A DNA stretch of 52,032 bases from IMG/VR virus record IMGVR_UViG_3300035698_013589, positions 1 to 52,032 of that record. One strand, 5' to 3'. Shown in pieces: positions 1 through 13,800 of this stretch. Origin of the DNA: a virus. Its lineage: Duplodnaviria; Heunggongvirae; Uroviricota; Caudoviricetes. Both the position numbers and the translations under genes were made by a program. The notes beneath the pieces were generated by a model. The model searched no databases, was not told the origin of the DNA, and saw only the letters and a list, made by a program, of their open reading frames with translations. Every line of letters starts with the position of its first letter. The first letter of the stretch is position 1.

Positions 1-83
1 ACTCTAACTTGTGCAATTACTAGATAACCTACCATAAGTACGATACCAATTCCAATTGCTCCGATTGATATTTGCATAGACAT
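1..83 (-). CDS. Major capsid-like hairpin protein, copy 3 (5' part only, runs off window edge)
   Basis: Not in ORF track. ATG at 83 reads MSMQISIGAIGIGIVLMVGYLVIAQVR, nearly identical to the two upstream copies; GGAGG Shine-Dalgarno at 93-97 (minus strand). Confidence 0.85.
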   Translation of the reverse strand, partial: MSMQISIGAIGIGIVLMVGYLVIAQVR

Positions 84-177
84 TTTTGGTTGCCTCCTAT
101 TTTGTTTTTTTGTTAATTTAAAACATAAAAAAATTTAAGGGTTTTTATCCCCTGTGTTCCCCGATAAAATCTCAACC

Positions 178-402
178 TTACTTGAAGATATTGATTAGAC
201 CGAATGCTGCTAGAACGATGATACCAACTGCTACTAATCCAAATCCTGCGAAGACAGTAGACTGTGTTGCGTCCATACCTTCTACAGTTTCATTAGATAA
301 TGAGTCTGTTGGGAGTGCTGCTCTAACTTGTGCAATTACTAGATAACCTACCATAAGTACGATACCGATTCCAATTGCTCCGATTGCTATTTGCATAAAC
401 AT
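178..402 (-). CDS. Major capsid-like protein (spindle-shaped-virus-type hydrophobic helical hairpin), copy 2
   Basis: 74 aa, two hydrophobic helices joined by a polar loop with an N-E-T sequon, as in fusellovirus VP1/VP3 and His1 MCP; GGAGG RBS; tandem paralogs. Confidence 0.7.
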   Translation of the reverse strand: MFMQIAIGAIGIGIVLMVGYLVIAQVRAALPTDSLSNETVEGMDATQSTVFAGFGLVAVGIIVLAAFGLINIFK

Positions 403-446
403 TTTTGTTTACCTCCGATTGTTGTTGTATAATCAAATAAATTTAT

Positions 447-671
447 TTATTTGAAGATGTTGATTAGTCCGAATGCTGCTAGTACGATTATTCCTACTGC
501 AATTAATCCAAATCCTGCGAATACAGTTGATTGTGTTGCATCCATTCCTTCAGTAGTTTCATTGCTTAGACTGTCTGTTGGCAGTGCTGCTCTAACTTGT
601 GCGATAACTAAATATCCTACCATTAATACTATTCCGATTCCAATTGCTCCAATTGCTATTTGCATAAACAT
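447..671 (-). CDS. Major capsid-like protein, copy 1
   Basis: 72/74 aa identical to copy 2; GGAGG RBS; directly downstream of a TATA motif at 726-743. Confidence 0.7.
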   Translation of the reverse strand: MFMQIAIGAIGIGIVLMVGYLVIAQVRAALPTDSLSNETTEGMDATQSTVFAGFGLIAVGIIVLAAFGLINIFK

Positions 672-725
672 TTTTTTTTGCCTCCACTGGTGTTATTCAC
701 CATTATACTAATAAATATAGTATTA

Positions 726-743
726 CCATTTATATATATATTT
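726..743 (-). promoter_or_regulatory. Putative late/structural promoter (AAATATATATATAAATGG)
   Basis: Same motif precedes the adhesin, 103-aa, 510-aa and 1146-aa genes. Confidence 0.65.
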
Positions 744-752
744 CTTTTCGCA

Positions 753-989
753 TCAATTTCCTTGGAGATACACTGAGAAGTCGAGGGGTCCAATTTTACG
801 GATTAAAATATAATTTCCAATCTTTTCCTTGGTTAAAACTGTTCGTTCCTTGTTGACATTGTTTAGAATTTTGCTGACTTGAGAATCAGATGCTGTACTA
901 AGAACTATCTCGCTCATGAAATACAGAGAATTAAATTTAGTATAAATCTCTTTGTTCTTAGTTAGTATCTTTTTCTGTTTCTTAGCCAT
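753..989 (-). CDS. Small basic hypothetical protein
   Basis: 78 aa, K-rich, tightly packed in the structural operon. Confidence 0.6.
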   Translation of the reverse strand: MAKKQKKILTKNKEIYTKFNSLYFMSEIVLSTASDSQVSKILNNVNKERTVLTKEKIGNYILIRKIGPLDFSVYLQGN

Positions 990-992
990 TTT

Positions 993-1304
993 TTATTTCG
1001 CAAACAGTAATAGGTATAATATTCCTGCTAATTCGAATACGAGTAACAAGAATATTATCTGTACGCTGAATATTTCAACAAATGAGCTTGTTGCATACAA
1101 GCTAGCAAACATGATACCAACAATCCACATAAGTGTGATGTTTTTTGTTTTTGCATATAACATTGCTTGATATACAAAGAATAAAATAACAACAACTATA
1201 CCCATTCCACCAAACGCAGTATCAAACATAGTATAAACTGCTGAAATCATATTTCCATCCATCAGTTCGGACCATCCTGTTGCATTTACTGGTATATTTG
1301 CCAT
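993..1304 (-). CDS. Small integral membrane protein (about 3 TM), probable virion/morphogenesis protein
   Basis: 103 aa, several hydrophobic segments, N-terminal NAT sequon; GGAGAG RBS within the upstream gene. Confidence 0.7.
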   Translation of the reverse strand: MANIPVNATGWSELMDGNMISAVYTMFDTAFGGMGIVVVILFFVYQAMLYAKTKNITLMWIVGIMFASLYATSSFVEIFSVQIIFLLLVFELAGILYLLLFAK

Positions 1305-1307
1305 TGT

Positions 1308-1814
1308 TTATCTCTCCACCACATCATTGCCTGTGAACAACTTTATTCCCATTAGTATATATGATAATGTTAATAATATTTTAAATGCTCCAATTTTATT
1401 TGGTATTAAATCATTATTGACATCATTTCCGAATAATAATATACGCACTTCTTCTGATAAGTGTTGACCAATAATATTATCTATCATGTTTATAAAACCA
1501 AACATGTAGTCGTCTATAACTTGAATAAACTTATATATAAACCCAAGTGACATCATATCTAACACTCTTGTAATCTGGTCTCCATCATCTTCCAACGCCC
1601 CCGACGGCTGAATAGTTTCTTCAAGTTCTGTTGTGAACTTATTTCCATACTCTTCCCCGCCAAAAGCATAACCGCCTGTCGATGTCTCATCAAATACTTT
1701 GTTACCATCCGAATCAACCAGTGCGGCCATCATGACACCTGCAGCTAGGTTGATTAAAATACTAAAAATAACTACCTTAGCTACCATGTTTGTCATTTTA
1801 TTTTCTACCTCCAC
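1308..1814 (-). CDS. Membrane protein (N- and C-terminal hydrophobic segments, acidic middle)
   Basis: 168 aa, overlaps the end of the adhesin gene; a second ATG at 1796 follows a GGAGG RBS. Confidence 0.7.
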   Translation of the reverse strand: MEVENKMTNMVAKVVIFSILINLAAGVMMAALVDSDGNKVFDETSTGGYAFGGEEYGNKFTTELEETIQPSGALEDDGDQITRVLDMMSLGFIYKFIQVIDDYMFGFINMIDNIIGQHLSEEVRILLFGNDVNNDLIPNKIGAFKILLTLSYILMGIKLFTGNDVVER

Positions 1815-4800
1815 CCTTTGCCAGAGCGTCCAGAACTGCTATAAGTATAGCTAAGGCAAGCACACTTGCGCTTAATCCGAACCATCCGAAGAGGACGAAT
1901 AATAAAGCCAAACCTGTTACTCCTAAAGCAGCCATGTTTGTGTTCATTGATGCATAAATTGCTACCACACTCAATAATATTATGAAGAACCAATTAAGGA
2001 AATCTGGACTAACGTGGTCTTGGATTCCTAAATCTAATCCCCATTCTTTGTTTACTAATTTTGAAACTGTTTTTGTTCCAACTTCATCATGAATTATTTC
2101 AATACTACCAACTAAAGTTCTATTTTCATATCCAGCAATCGGTACATATATAGCTCCAAGTTCTTGAACAGTTGTATATACAGGAGACTCGTATATTAAT
2201 GTTCCTTCTAAATTATCTGCGTATACTCTGAATTGTAATGATTCTGTTAAATTGTCGTCGTCAACATACGAAAACATTACTGATGGTTGTCCACTATAAT
2301 TAATAGCATCTATTGTGTATCTAACACCATTATAAAACCCTTCAGGTTCTGAGTCAAGATTTATGTCATACATGCTAATAACTTTTTCTCCACCAATGTC
2401 TGCACTATATGTTCCAATAATTTGTATAGGTTGATTGTCTGAATGAACTTCAACAATATATTCGTTGTTTTCGATTAAGTAATATCCAACCTTATTTTCG
2501 ATGTCTGTGTAATCTGATTGTATGTCTACTGCTCCTCCAGGAATAGATTTTTTAATATAAATACTTGGGTTTTCATAAAGGCCAAGTAAATCATCAATTA
2601 TGAATGAACCATATACGAAAGGTGTCACGTCTAAAGCTATCAAATAATATGTTCCATTTATTGATGTTTCATAATCAACAATTAATGTTCTATAATAACT
2701 TGTTCCTCCTGCGTAAGTTAAGAAAAACTTGAAAGTTTCATAATTACAATCAATCACTACACTGGTTGTACCGTTTGATATGTTAATTAAATCGTGAGTG
2801 TTTGTTGTATAATCATCACACTTAATTAATAATTCAGCACTTAAAGGAGCTGAGAAATCAAATGGTTGTCTAGTCGCTTCATCTAAAATTGTGAAGTATG
2901 CATAATATGTTAAGTATACATTTTGTGTGCTTACTTCTTGATAATCGAACACATAACTTTCAGATTGATTATTATAACCATCTTTTGAAAATGTCATGTT
3001 ATATGTTATTCCTGCATCAAGCGGTAAAGTTAATCCTGCTGACCCATCTGTAATATTATAAACTGTTGTTGTTGAAGTATTAGTGTTCAATAAACTTAAC
3101 ATGTAATCATCAACTGGGTTCTCTGTGTTTATATTATTATAAATAAATGTTATCACAGATTCAGAGCTATTGAAAGGTAAATCTATTTGATTTGGTATTT
3201 GTGTATACCAAGTCATTTTCTCTTCGAATATTTGTGAGTTATATACTTGTAAAGGTGTGTATGATAAATCAAGCCAATCACTTCCATTATATTCTTGTAG
3301 ATTAATATAATTATTACCAGCACCATCATCAGCAGCTATTCTAAGTTGAAGAACTGATTTATTAAGAGTGTCTAATGGAATCTCTACACTTGCACTTAAA
3401 CCGAAAGCTGTAACTTCCCAACCAGCAAAAGTTACATTAGCAGGTATTGTATAATTTGCATATATGTATGTAGTATTGAAAGATATTACTTCAGCAAATG
3501 TGTTTATGTCTCCATCAAATAAATTACTTGAATTACTTAAATCTGTAACATCACTAAAACCATAATTACCAGTTGCAAGCCCGCCACATGCTGTTGCTAC
3601 ATCTGCGCTTTCTTGTTCACACTCAGCATATTGTGCTTCCATTGTAACTGTGTATTCAATAGGAACATAGTGAGGATGTGTTAGTTCTACATCATATTCA
3701 CCAGCGATTATATTTTCAACATAGTTTTGTGAAGTTACATTGAAAAATTGTGAGTCTGATGAAGTTGGTGCATCTGTCTTATCAATATTAACTGTGTATC
3801 CTGTGAATGAATTTCCTGTGTATCTGTTGTTTGAAGTTATGTTGAACACTCCACCAATATAATAATATGTTGAAACTTCTACAATGTTTGTTCCACCGAT
3901 TGAATTGAATTTTATTTTTCCAATTCCGTATTCTTTTTCTAAATCTTTGATTTCTTTTTCTGATTTAACCTTTATACTGATAGCGTCTTCAACTTCTTTT
4001 GAAGTTAATTTTCTATTCTTGTTGAAATCTTTTCTCTTAGTTTCTTTTATTTTAGTATCGTCCAGAGCTTCTTCTCCTGTGAATATATCGGATATTGCTC
4101 CAAGCAATGACTTATCTTTCTTCTTACTAAAGTCCTTTCTATCAGGCTCAGAAAGGCTCTTATGAGCTAATATGATTTCATATGTATTGTCATCTATTTT
4201 GTTTGTGATATATATGAAATCTTCTGAGTTTTCTAATGCAAAGTCTATCCAATTTCCTGTATGAGTTTCAGGGTTCCAAGCAACAAAATGTCCTGGATAT
4301 ATTGTATCGTCTCTTGGATATAATATACCATCACTTTCAACAACATATTTTCTTATTAGTTTTGAATCATCATATTCAAACTCGAAATTATATCTATCAG
4401 TAAGTTTATTTGTTTTTATACTGTTTGTTATATCTTCACTTTCTATAGATACTGTAAGTCCGTTTTCTGTTTCATAAACTAATTTATCTGATTCAACCTC
4501 ATATTCATAATCAGGAATTTCTTCTGCTGTGTGGTCATCACTTGATGAGAATGTTACAACACATCTTTGAACAGGGTATCCTGTCAAATCTATTAATTCT
4601 GAAAACTCATATGTTGTTGTATTTATATCAAGGATTTCCCAATAATATACTTGCCCTGATATGTCACATGTTATATCAACACTTGCTTGGAATAAGTTAG
4701 CATCTGCAAATGTTGTTGACACATTTATTATATTATTAATAATATTATCAACTACAGTTCCATTCACAAGGATTGTTGAGATTGATGTATTAACTTCAAT

Positions 4801-7800
4801 TTCAGGTTCAGTGTAATCACCAATTTCTCCAATACCTAATGATTGAAGTGTTGAGTTTCCAAAGTTTCCTGAAGTATCAATACAACCAATCCACCAAGTT
4901 ATATTATCATATGCAGCTGTATATGTTCCATCTAATAATAAAGCATACTCAGCAGTTATGTTTGTTGTTCCTGTTGTTGTCATAACTTCAGTATCAAACG
5001 GTGAAGAAGCTGTAGTTGGTTGCACATATAATGTACAAGTATCAACAGTATCATATAAATCTACGTCTGCATCAAAATTAACTGTGCTTCCTATTTCTGT
5101 TGTTGCATCTGAATCATCAACAAGATTACTATAAGTTGTAATTCCGTGATTTAATATTTCAGTAGTTGATGAATTTGACCATGCACTATAATCATATCCG
5201 TCATGAACTCTGCAACTAAATATTACATCGTCTCCAATATCACTATAATTCTTCGCAAGAGTTATTCCTGTCTGGCCTATATCTGCTCCGTTTACATACC
5301 ATTTATATGATTCTGTAAGTGAATCAGTATCAATATCAGAAGTGTCACATGTTGCACTTAATGTGTCTTCTGAATAAATACCAGTGAAACTTATTACATC
5401 GACAGTTGGTATTCTGTTTTGAACTTCTGATGCAGATGAATTTAATGGTTCTGAATATAATGCTCCATCCCAAACTCTACATCCAACAGAAACATCTTTA
5501 AAGTGTATGAAGTATGAAGTCGCTAATGTTGATTGGTCTGGTGCTCCTACAGTTGCTCCATCAACATACCATGTATATTCGTAAGATAAAACATCATTTC
5601 CATCTGTGTCAGTACCAACACATGTTGCTGTAACCTGTGTATCGGTGTAAATAGTTCCAGGAGCAAGTGTTGCTGTCTGCATAACAGGTTGAGTGTTATC
5701 AATTGTAAGAGATGAACTATTAAGCCATGATGTATAAACTGTTCCATCATGTCCTCTACATCCAAGTATAATAACATCAGAGTTTACAAAATTGCTTGGG
5801 CCTAATGTTGATGATGTTCCAGTTGACACATCATTCACAAACCAATCATATTCATATGTAATTACATCATTTGAATCAACATCTGTTGCTACACAAGTTG
5901 CAACCAGTGTATCGTTTGCTGCAGCAGGGTCTGGATTTATATCAGATGATTGTATTATTGGTAAAGTGTTTGTAATTGTTAGAGTTGAACTATTTAACCA
6001 ATCTCCATAAGCTACTTGGTCGTAAACTCTACATCCAAGTATAACATCATCAAAGTTAACAAAATTAGTTGAAGGTAAATTTTGAGTTGTCGCATCTGCA
6101 ACTCCTTCAACATACCATTGATATTCATATGATAATGTATCTCCTGAATCAGTATCACTTCCAGTACATGTTCCAAGTAATGTGTCGTTTGTATATGCTG
6201 GGTCTGGAAGTATTGAAGAGGTATCTGTAACTGGGATTGTGTTTGTTATTGTAAGTGTTGAACTGTTTATCCATGATGTATATACAGTTCCATCATGTCC
6301 TCTACAACTTCCAATCACATCTTCGAAATTATCAAAGTTTGTATTACCTAATGTTTGTGAAGTTCCAACAGATACTGCTTCAACAAACCATTCATATTCA
6401 TATGTTATTACATCGTTTGAATCAGTATCAGTTGCAAGACATGTGATATTTAAATCATTATCTGTATATGCAGGAATAGGTGCAAGTGTTGATGATTGTA
6501 TTATTGGTAATGTATTTGTTATTGTAAGAGCTGTACTGTTTACCCATGATGAATACTCTGTGCCATCGCTTGCTCTACATTCAAATTCAACATCTTCGAA
6601 ATTATCAAAATAATTACTTGAAAGAGTATCTATAACACCAATTTCTCCAACATCCCAATACATTGCTTCTTCATGGAAAAATCCACATGAGAAATAATAA
6701 GGTGAACCACCATCAGCAATTCTTTCCCATTGTCCTGATGTGTTATAACAATCTCCTCTTGCACCATTATTACTAATAGATTCTATTCTTCCTATAAATT
6801 GCCCACTATTAAAACATGAACTTGGCACATCAAAGAAATCTTCTCTGTAACAACTTTTAACTCTCCATTTAGTATCTCCGTTCTGGTCCAAAGCTGCTGG
6901 TAAAGTGTAATTCATATAATAATATGCAGTTTGTCCGAATGCTGGCTGAACTCTTGAATTATAATTTCCATCATATCCACCATCATCAGCTCCACCACAA
7001 CATTCAGTTCCTTCTCTTCCATATGACCCTGTATCTAATCCACCACATTCTGTACTTATGTTTGCTTGTTCTTGATAACAAAGTCCTGGAGCTGAGAAAC
7101 TTTTAACTGATACTCCTTCTACATACCAATTATAAGATATTGTTAAATAATCATCATCTAAATCTGTCACATTACAATATCCTTCTAAAGTATCATTTGT
7201 GTATGCAGGGTCAGGTGAAACGATTGAAGCCTGAGTAACAGGAGCTGTGTTAGAAACCCCAACTGCTGTGCTATTTAACCAAGATGAATATTCATATGTG
7301 TCATACGCTCTACAACTTCCTATTACAGAATCTCCACTTGAGAAATATGCAGTTGTTAATGTTTGGCCTGTTTGACCAATAGCTGCTCCATTAACATACC
7401 AATTTCTTCCATAGAATAAAGAGTCTCCTGTATCAACATCTGTTCCATTACATAATAATTCTAAAGTATCATCTTCAAATGCTGGGTCTGGTATAATTTC
7501 ACTTGATGTCATAACTGGAGCTGTATTTGTGATTGTTAGAGTTGAACTGTTTAACCAACTACCATAAGATGTTTGGTCATACACTCTACAACTTAATATT
7601 ACATCATCGAAGTTTATGAAGTTTGATGCAGCTAAATTTTGAGTTGTTGCGTTTGCAACTCCTTCAACATACCATTGATATTCATAAGATAATGTGTCAG
7701 CAGTATCAGTGTCACTTCCAGTACATGTTCCAAGTAAAGTATCATTTGTATATGCTGGGTCTGGAAGTATTGAAGAGGTGTCTGTAACTGGGATTGTGTT

Positions 7801-10800
7801 TGTTATTGTAAGTGTTGAACTGTTTATCCAAACCCCATATGTTGTTTGGTCATATACTCTACAACTACCGATTACATCTTCAAAATTATCAAAGTTTGCG
7901 TTACCTAATGTTTGAGATGTTCCAACAGAAACTCCTTCAACAAACCATTCATATTCGTATGTTAATGCATCATTTGAATCGGTATCGGTTGCAACACATG
8001 TGATATTTAAATCATCGTCTGTATATGCAGGAATAGGCGCAAGTGTTGAGGTTTGAGTTACTGGGTCTGTATTAGATATATTAAGAGCTGAACTATTCAT
8101 CCAATCTCCATATGATGATTGGTCATAAATTCTACAACTTAATAATACCTCATCAAAATTTACAAAATTATCAGATGTTAAATTCTGAGTTGTTGCGTTT
8201 GCAACTCCTTCAACATACCATTGATATTCATATGTTAAAGTGTCTCCTACATCTATGTCTGTTCCAGTACAATTTCCAATCAGTGTATCATCTGTATATG
8301 CAGGGTCAGGAGTAAAAGATGATGTTTGTGTGATAGGTGCTGTGTTTGCTATATTTAATGTTGAACTATTTACCCAAGAACCATATGCTGTTTGGTCATA
8401 TACTCTACAACTACCGATTACACTATCTGATGAAGCAAAAAATGTATTAGCCAATGTTTGTGTTGTTTGTGATACTCCACCATTCACATACCATTGATAT
8501 TCATATGTTAATGCATCGTTTGAATCTGTGTCTGTTCCAACACATGTAATATTTAATGTGTCGTCTTCATAAGCAGGGTCAGGAGCAAGTGTTGATGTGT
8601 CTGTAACTGGGATTGTATTTGATATAGTTAGAGTTGAACTGTTTATCCAATCAGTATAATCAGATTGGTCATAACCTCTACAACTAAATATCACATCATC
8701 GAAATTAACAAAATTTGTTGATGTTAAATTCTGAGTTGTTGCATTTGCAACACCTTCAACATACCATTGGTATTCATAAGTTAAAGTGTCTAAATCTAAA
8801 TCTGTAATATTACAATTTCCTATAAGGGTATCATTTGTATATGCTGGGTCTGGTGTAATTTCAACATCATTAACAACAGGGTCAGTGTTTGAAACTACAA
8901 GAGCTGTGCTATTTAACCAACTTGAATAAACATAAGTGTCATATACTCTACAACTTCCTATTACACTATCACCATTTCCGAAATATGCAGTTGTTAAAGT
9001 TTGGCCTGATTGTCCTATATCTGCTCCATTAACATACCAATTTCTTCCATAGAATAAAGAATCTCCTGTATCAACATCTGTTCCATTACATAATAATTCT
9101 AAAGTATCATCTTCAAATGCTGGGTCTGGTATAACCACGCTTGATGTCATAACTGGAGCTGTATTTGTGATTGTTAGAGTTGAACTGTTTAACCAATCTC
9201 CATAAGATGTTTGGTCATATACTCTACATCCAAGTATTACATCATCAAAGTTTATGAAATTAGTTGATGGTAAATTTTGAGTTGTTGCATCAACAATTCC
9301 TTCAACATACCACTGATATTCATATGATAATGTGTCAGCAGTATCAGTGTCACTTCCAGTACATGTTCCAAGCAAAGTATCATTTGTATATGCTGGGTCT
9401 GGAAGTATTGAAGAGGTATCTGTAACTGGGATTGTATTTGTTATTGTAAGTGTTGAACTGTTTATCCATGTAGTATATGTTGTTTGGTCATATCCTCTAC
9501 AACTTAAAATAACATCCTCAAAATTTTCAAACTCTGATGAGTCTAAAACAATTCCCATTTCCCAATAAATTGATTCTTCATAAAACCTATAATTAAATCC
9601 AGCATTTCCTACGTCTGTATATAAAACCCACGTTGTACCGTTATAACAATGTGCTTTAGCTTGAGAAACGGTTGCACCAACATCATATCTTAATTGAATT
9701 ACATCTTCATTTGCATCCCAACAATCTTGTGGTAATGTATCATTTACTGTTTTAACATCTGCGTCTCCTAATTTAACTAACCATTTTGCACTTACTGCAC
9801 CAGCAGGTTTTGTATAATTTACTTCAACATATGCTCTAGCTGTTTGTGTGTTTTCTGCATATGTATCAAAATCTCCATCCCATGTATTCGCTTCTATGAA
9901 AAATGTAGATTCCCCATAATGATTATAATTACCAGTATCTAATCCACCACAAGATGTTGATGTTGTTGCTGTTTCTTGATAACAATACTCTCCTGTTACG
10001 CCAGTTGCAACACTAGCCCCTTCAACAAACCATTCATATTCTGCTGTTAATACGTCGTTTGTATCAGCATCAGAAACAATACATTCACCATCTAAATCAT
10101 CGTATGTATATGCTGGGTCTGGTGTTATGTCTACATTTTGTAAAACAGGATTATAATTTGATATTGTAAGTGTTGTACTATTTAACCAATCACTATATAC
10201 CTGTTGGTCATATATTCTACAACTTAATATAACATCATCATAATTAACAAAATTATTATTTGATAAATTTTGAGTTGTTGCATCTATAACTCCTTCAACA
10301 TACCATTGATATTCATATGTTAATATATCAGTTGTGTCTGTATCTGTTCCTGTACAATTTCCTATAAGAGTATTATTTGTATATGCAGGGTCTGGTGTAA
10401 TACTACTTGAAATCATAACTGGTGCTATATTATTTACTGTTTTAAATGAACTATTTACCCATTCAGATGCTTCAAAAAAATCAGTACCTTGACAACTAAA
10501 TATTATTGAATCTCCGTTTTGTGTTATAGTTGATGAAAGACTATTTACATTTACGTCTGAGCCTTCCTCATAAGCATTCAAACTATATCCATAGAGATTT
10601 CCATTTAATGCTCCAGTTATTGAATATAAATTTGTTTGATAAACAAAAACGTGTGGTTTAGCATTTCCTGGATTTGATATACTTGAACCTATATTTGAAT
10701 CACTAATCCATTGACTACCATCCCAATAAAATCCTTTAATTATACTGTTTTCACCAGAAACTAAATGCCATTTACCACCATACCAAAATACTGTTGGTGT

Positions 10801-13800
10801 TGAGTGTGCACCAGATGTTAATCCTGAAACAAGACTTGAATTGCTTACCCAAGTTGACCCACTCCATTGATACCCAATAAAACCACCACCTTGTGTTCCT
10901 GAAATTAATTTTATTGTATCTCCATCAACAAACACCGCTGGTGCTGAATATCCTCCAGTATTACTTAATCCTGAAACAACACTCGTATCAACATTCCATT
11001 GTGTTCCATTCCAAGAAAACCCATTAAAATGTCCATCTTGTGATTCTCCTACAACCATTTTTAATGTGCCGTTATCATAAAACACACTTGGTTTTGGATT
11101 AGCCCCAATATTAGTTAATCCTAATATAACATTAGAATCTGTATTCCAATCTGTTCCATTCCATAAATATCCGTTCCATGCTCCATTATCTTCTCCAATG
11201 ATTAATTTTAATCCTTCACTATCTTGAAATGTGGTTGGAGCAGAATGAAAACCAACATCTGTAAGTCCACTCACCACATCTGAATCAGATGCCCAATAAG
11301 AACCAACGCTTCCTGTTTCATTTAATGTTCCATCAATATACCATTTATAATTAAATCTTACAACACTTTCATCAACATCTGTAGCATTACAATATCCTTC
11401 AACTGTTGTATTTGAATAAAGTGCACTAGGAAGAATTGTTGTGGAATTAACAATAGGTGCTGTGTTTTCAATCTCTATAGATGTTCCATTAACCCATTCA
11501 GTATAATTTCCTCCATATCCTTGACAACTTAATAACCATTCTTGCCCACCTACAGTTTCAGTAATATTATTTACATTAACAGCCACTCCTTGTGTGTAAT
11601 ATGTTGTATTGCCTTCTGAATGTTCCACACCATTTAAATACCATTTCCAGAAATATCTAACATCGTCTGCATCTATTTCGTCAAATGCTTGACAAACACC
11701 TTCAAGAACAGTTCCAGTAACTGGTGTAGGGTCATCATATTGAATCTCCACAACCCCACTTGTAAAATCAGGAGGACTATTAATTACCTCAAACGCTTCT
11801 GTTAAAATTGTATTTCCTAAATCTGTTCCATCATACGCAGTAACATTTGCATAGTATGTTCCTTTCCAAGTATAAGTTGAAGACAATCCTGCAGATACTT
11901 CAAAAGTCATCCATTCTTCATAGAATCTCCAAGCACCAACACCATTTTCAGGATAACTACCGAAACTATCAGTAAAAGAATATACATTATTCCAATCTGT
12001 TCCATTATGACAATACATTTTTGTATATGCTGATGTGTCCAAATCGGCTGCAGTAATATATAATACAACTTTGTCCTCGTATGCTTCTAAACATTCAGTT
12101 GGTAAAGTGTTGTTAGCATATCTCACCAGATAACCATTAGAATATTCTCCGTGTTTTACAAACCAAGTTGCATTAAATGTATTAACTGGTTTAGTATAAT
12201 TCATATAAATTATACCATTTGTTGTATATCCGCTTCCTGCATATGTATTAAGATTTCCGTCACGACCAGGTTCACCAGTAGTATCACCATTACCACTCGT
12301 CTTCCAATTTGCATCTAAATATTCATCAGGTGTTATAACAGTAAAACTTCCTGGAGTTGTTTCTAAAATTGTATCATAGGTTCCATTTAACCATGTGACA
12401 TAAACACTAAGAGGGTCTCCATCTCCGTCAGTTGTTGTAAAATTTACATACAAATCATCCTGAGTTGTTGCTTGAGGATTTCCATTTAATAAATATAAAT
12501 TAGTATTTTCAAGAACAGGTACAGTGTTTTGAACTGTTGCAAATGATGAATTTATTGGATGTGAATCTATTTGATTATCATCTGCATAACATTCAAGTTT
12601 GATTTTATTATCTCTTGTATAATATGAGCTTGATAAATTTGCTACATTTGGATTTGACCCTTCTGCTGCTGTTGTTGTGCCACTTGTAATTAATGTATAA
12701 TTAGCATAACCCCAAAGCATTGCATCTTCATAAATTTCAGATTCTGGAATATTTAAATTATCATAACAACCATTACTTTTACATTGTGCACCTGTCGCCC
12801 AATCTCCATCTGTTATTTTGTATGTTGCTTCAGTAAAACTTGGGTTGTAAACACCACTTGTTGTTGAATATCCTATTTCGACCCAACCAGTTCCATTGTA
12901 ACATTGCATTTCAGCAGTATACGCTAATGCATTTGAATACATTCTCATCATTAATGTATCATTATCAGCATCCCAACAATCCTGAGCAGTAATCATTGGA
13001 ATATCATATTCACCATAAGTACCATGTTTAACTTTCCAATTTGTGAAAATAATATCAGCTTCAGGTGGTTTTGTATAATTCAAATAATGATATGTATAAG
13101 TATGTGAATATGAATCCGCATCTTCTTGCCAATATGTTTCGTTTGCTAAATACCATGCCCAATTATAATCTAGGTTTCCACCATCTTCATCTGTAAAATT
13201 ACAATAACCAGATATATCTTCACTTGCTCCTGGGTCTCCTGAAGTTGTTACACTTTGATAAACAGGTCTGTAATTATTTAATATTGTTCTATTAGCATTG
13301 TCTGTTGCAGAAGCTATACCATCTGTAATGTTACATTCAAGTCTCCAATCTTCACTTCCACTTATAACAGTATTACTTACATTTGCAACATTTCTCTCAA
13401 CCTCAAAATCTACAGTATAATTATAAGGATACTGACCATTATATTGAGCAACATCATCTTTATACCATGTCCATGTAGCATTTATTGTTTCAAGTTCATC
13501 AACATCGGCATAAGTACAATAACCAATTAAATCGTCATTTTCAGCTGGTTCATTATTAAAAGGTAAATCTTCTATTCTTGCAGTTGATGTAGGTGCATTT
13601 GTATCTATATATACTCCTGTTGAATTTATAGCTGTTGTTGCTTCACTATCAGCATCATATGCACGACATTCTAAAATCCAAGTATCTCCTGCAAATAAAT
13701 ATTCTTCAGTAATATTATATACATTACCATCTTCATTGTTTAGTTGTATTGCACTACCTTCTATATCTAACCATTCAATACTAATGGTTCCACCAGCCCA

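Noticed and set aside
135-170. Hairpin (ttttatc...gataaaa) between capsid copies 2 and 3
   Set aside because: Only a 7-bp AT-rich stem, likely by chance; the adjacent T-run may be a terminator but is ambiguous.
178-671. Type IV pilin/archaellin identity for the 74-aa proteins
   Set aside because: No class III signal peptide, and the second hydrophobic helix at the C-terminus fits a capsid hairpin better; an inovirus-like coat cannot be fully excluded.
6010-9470. Diversity-generating retroelement TR/VR pair in the adhesin
   Set aside because: Both copies are in-frame coding, differences are not evidently adenine-specific, and no reverse transcriptase is in the window.
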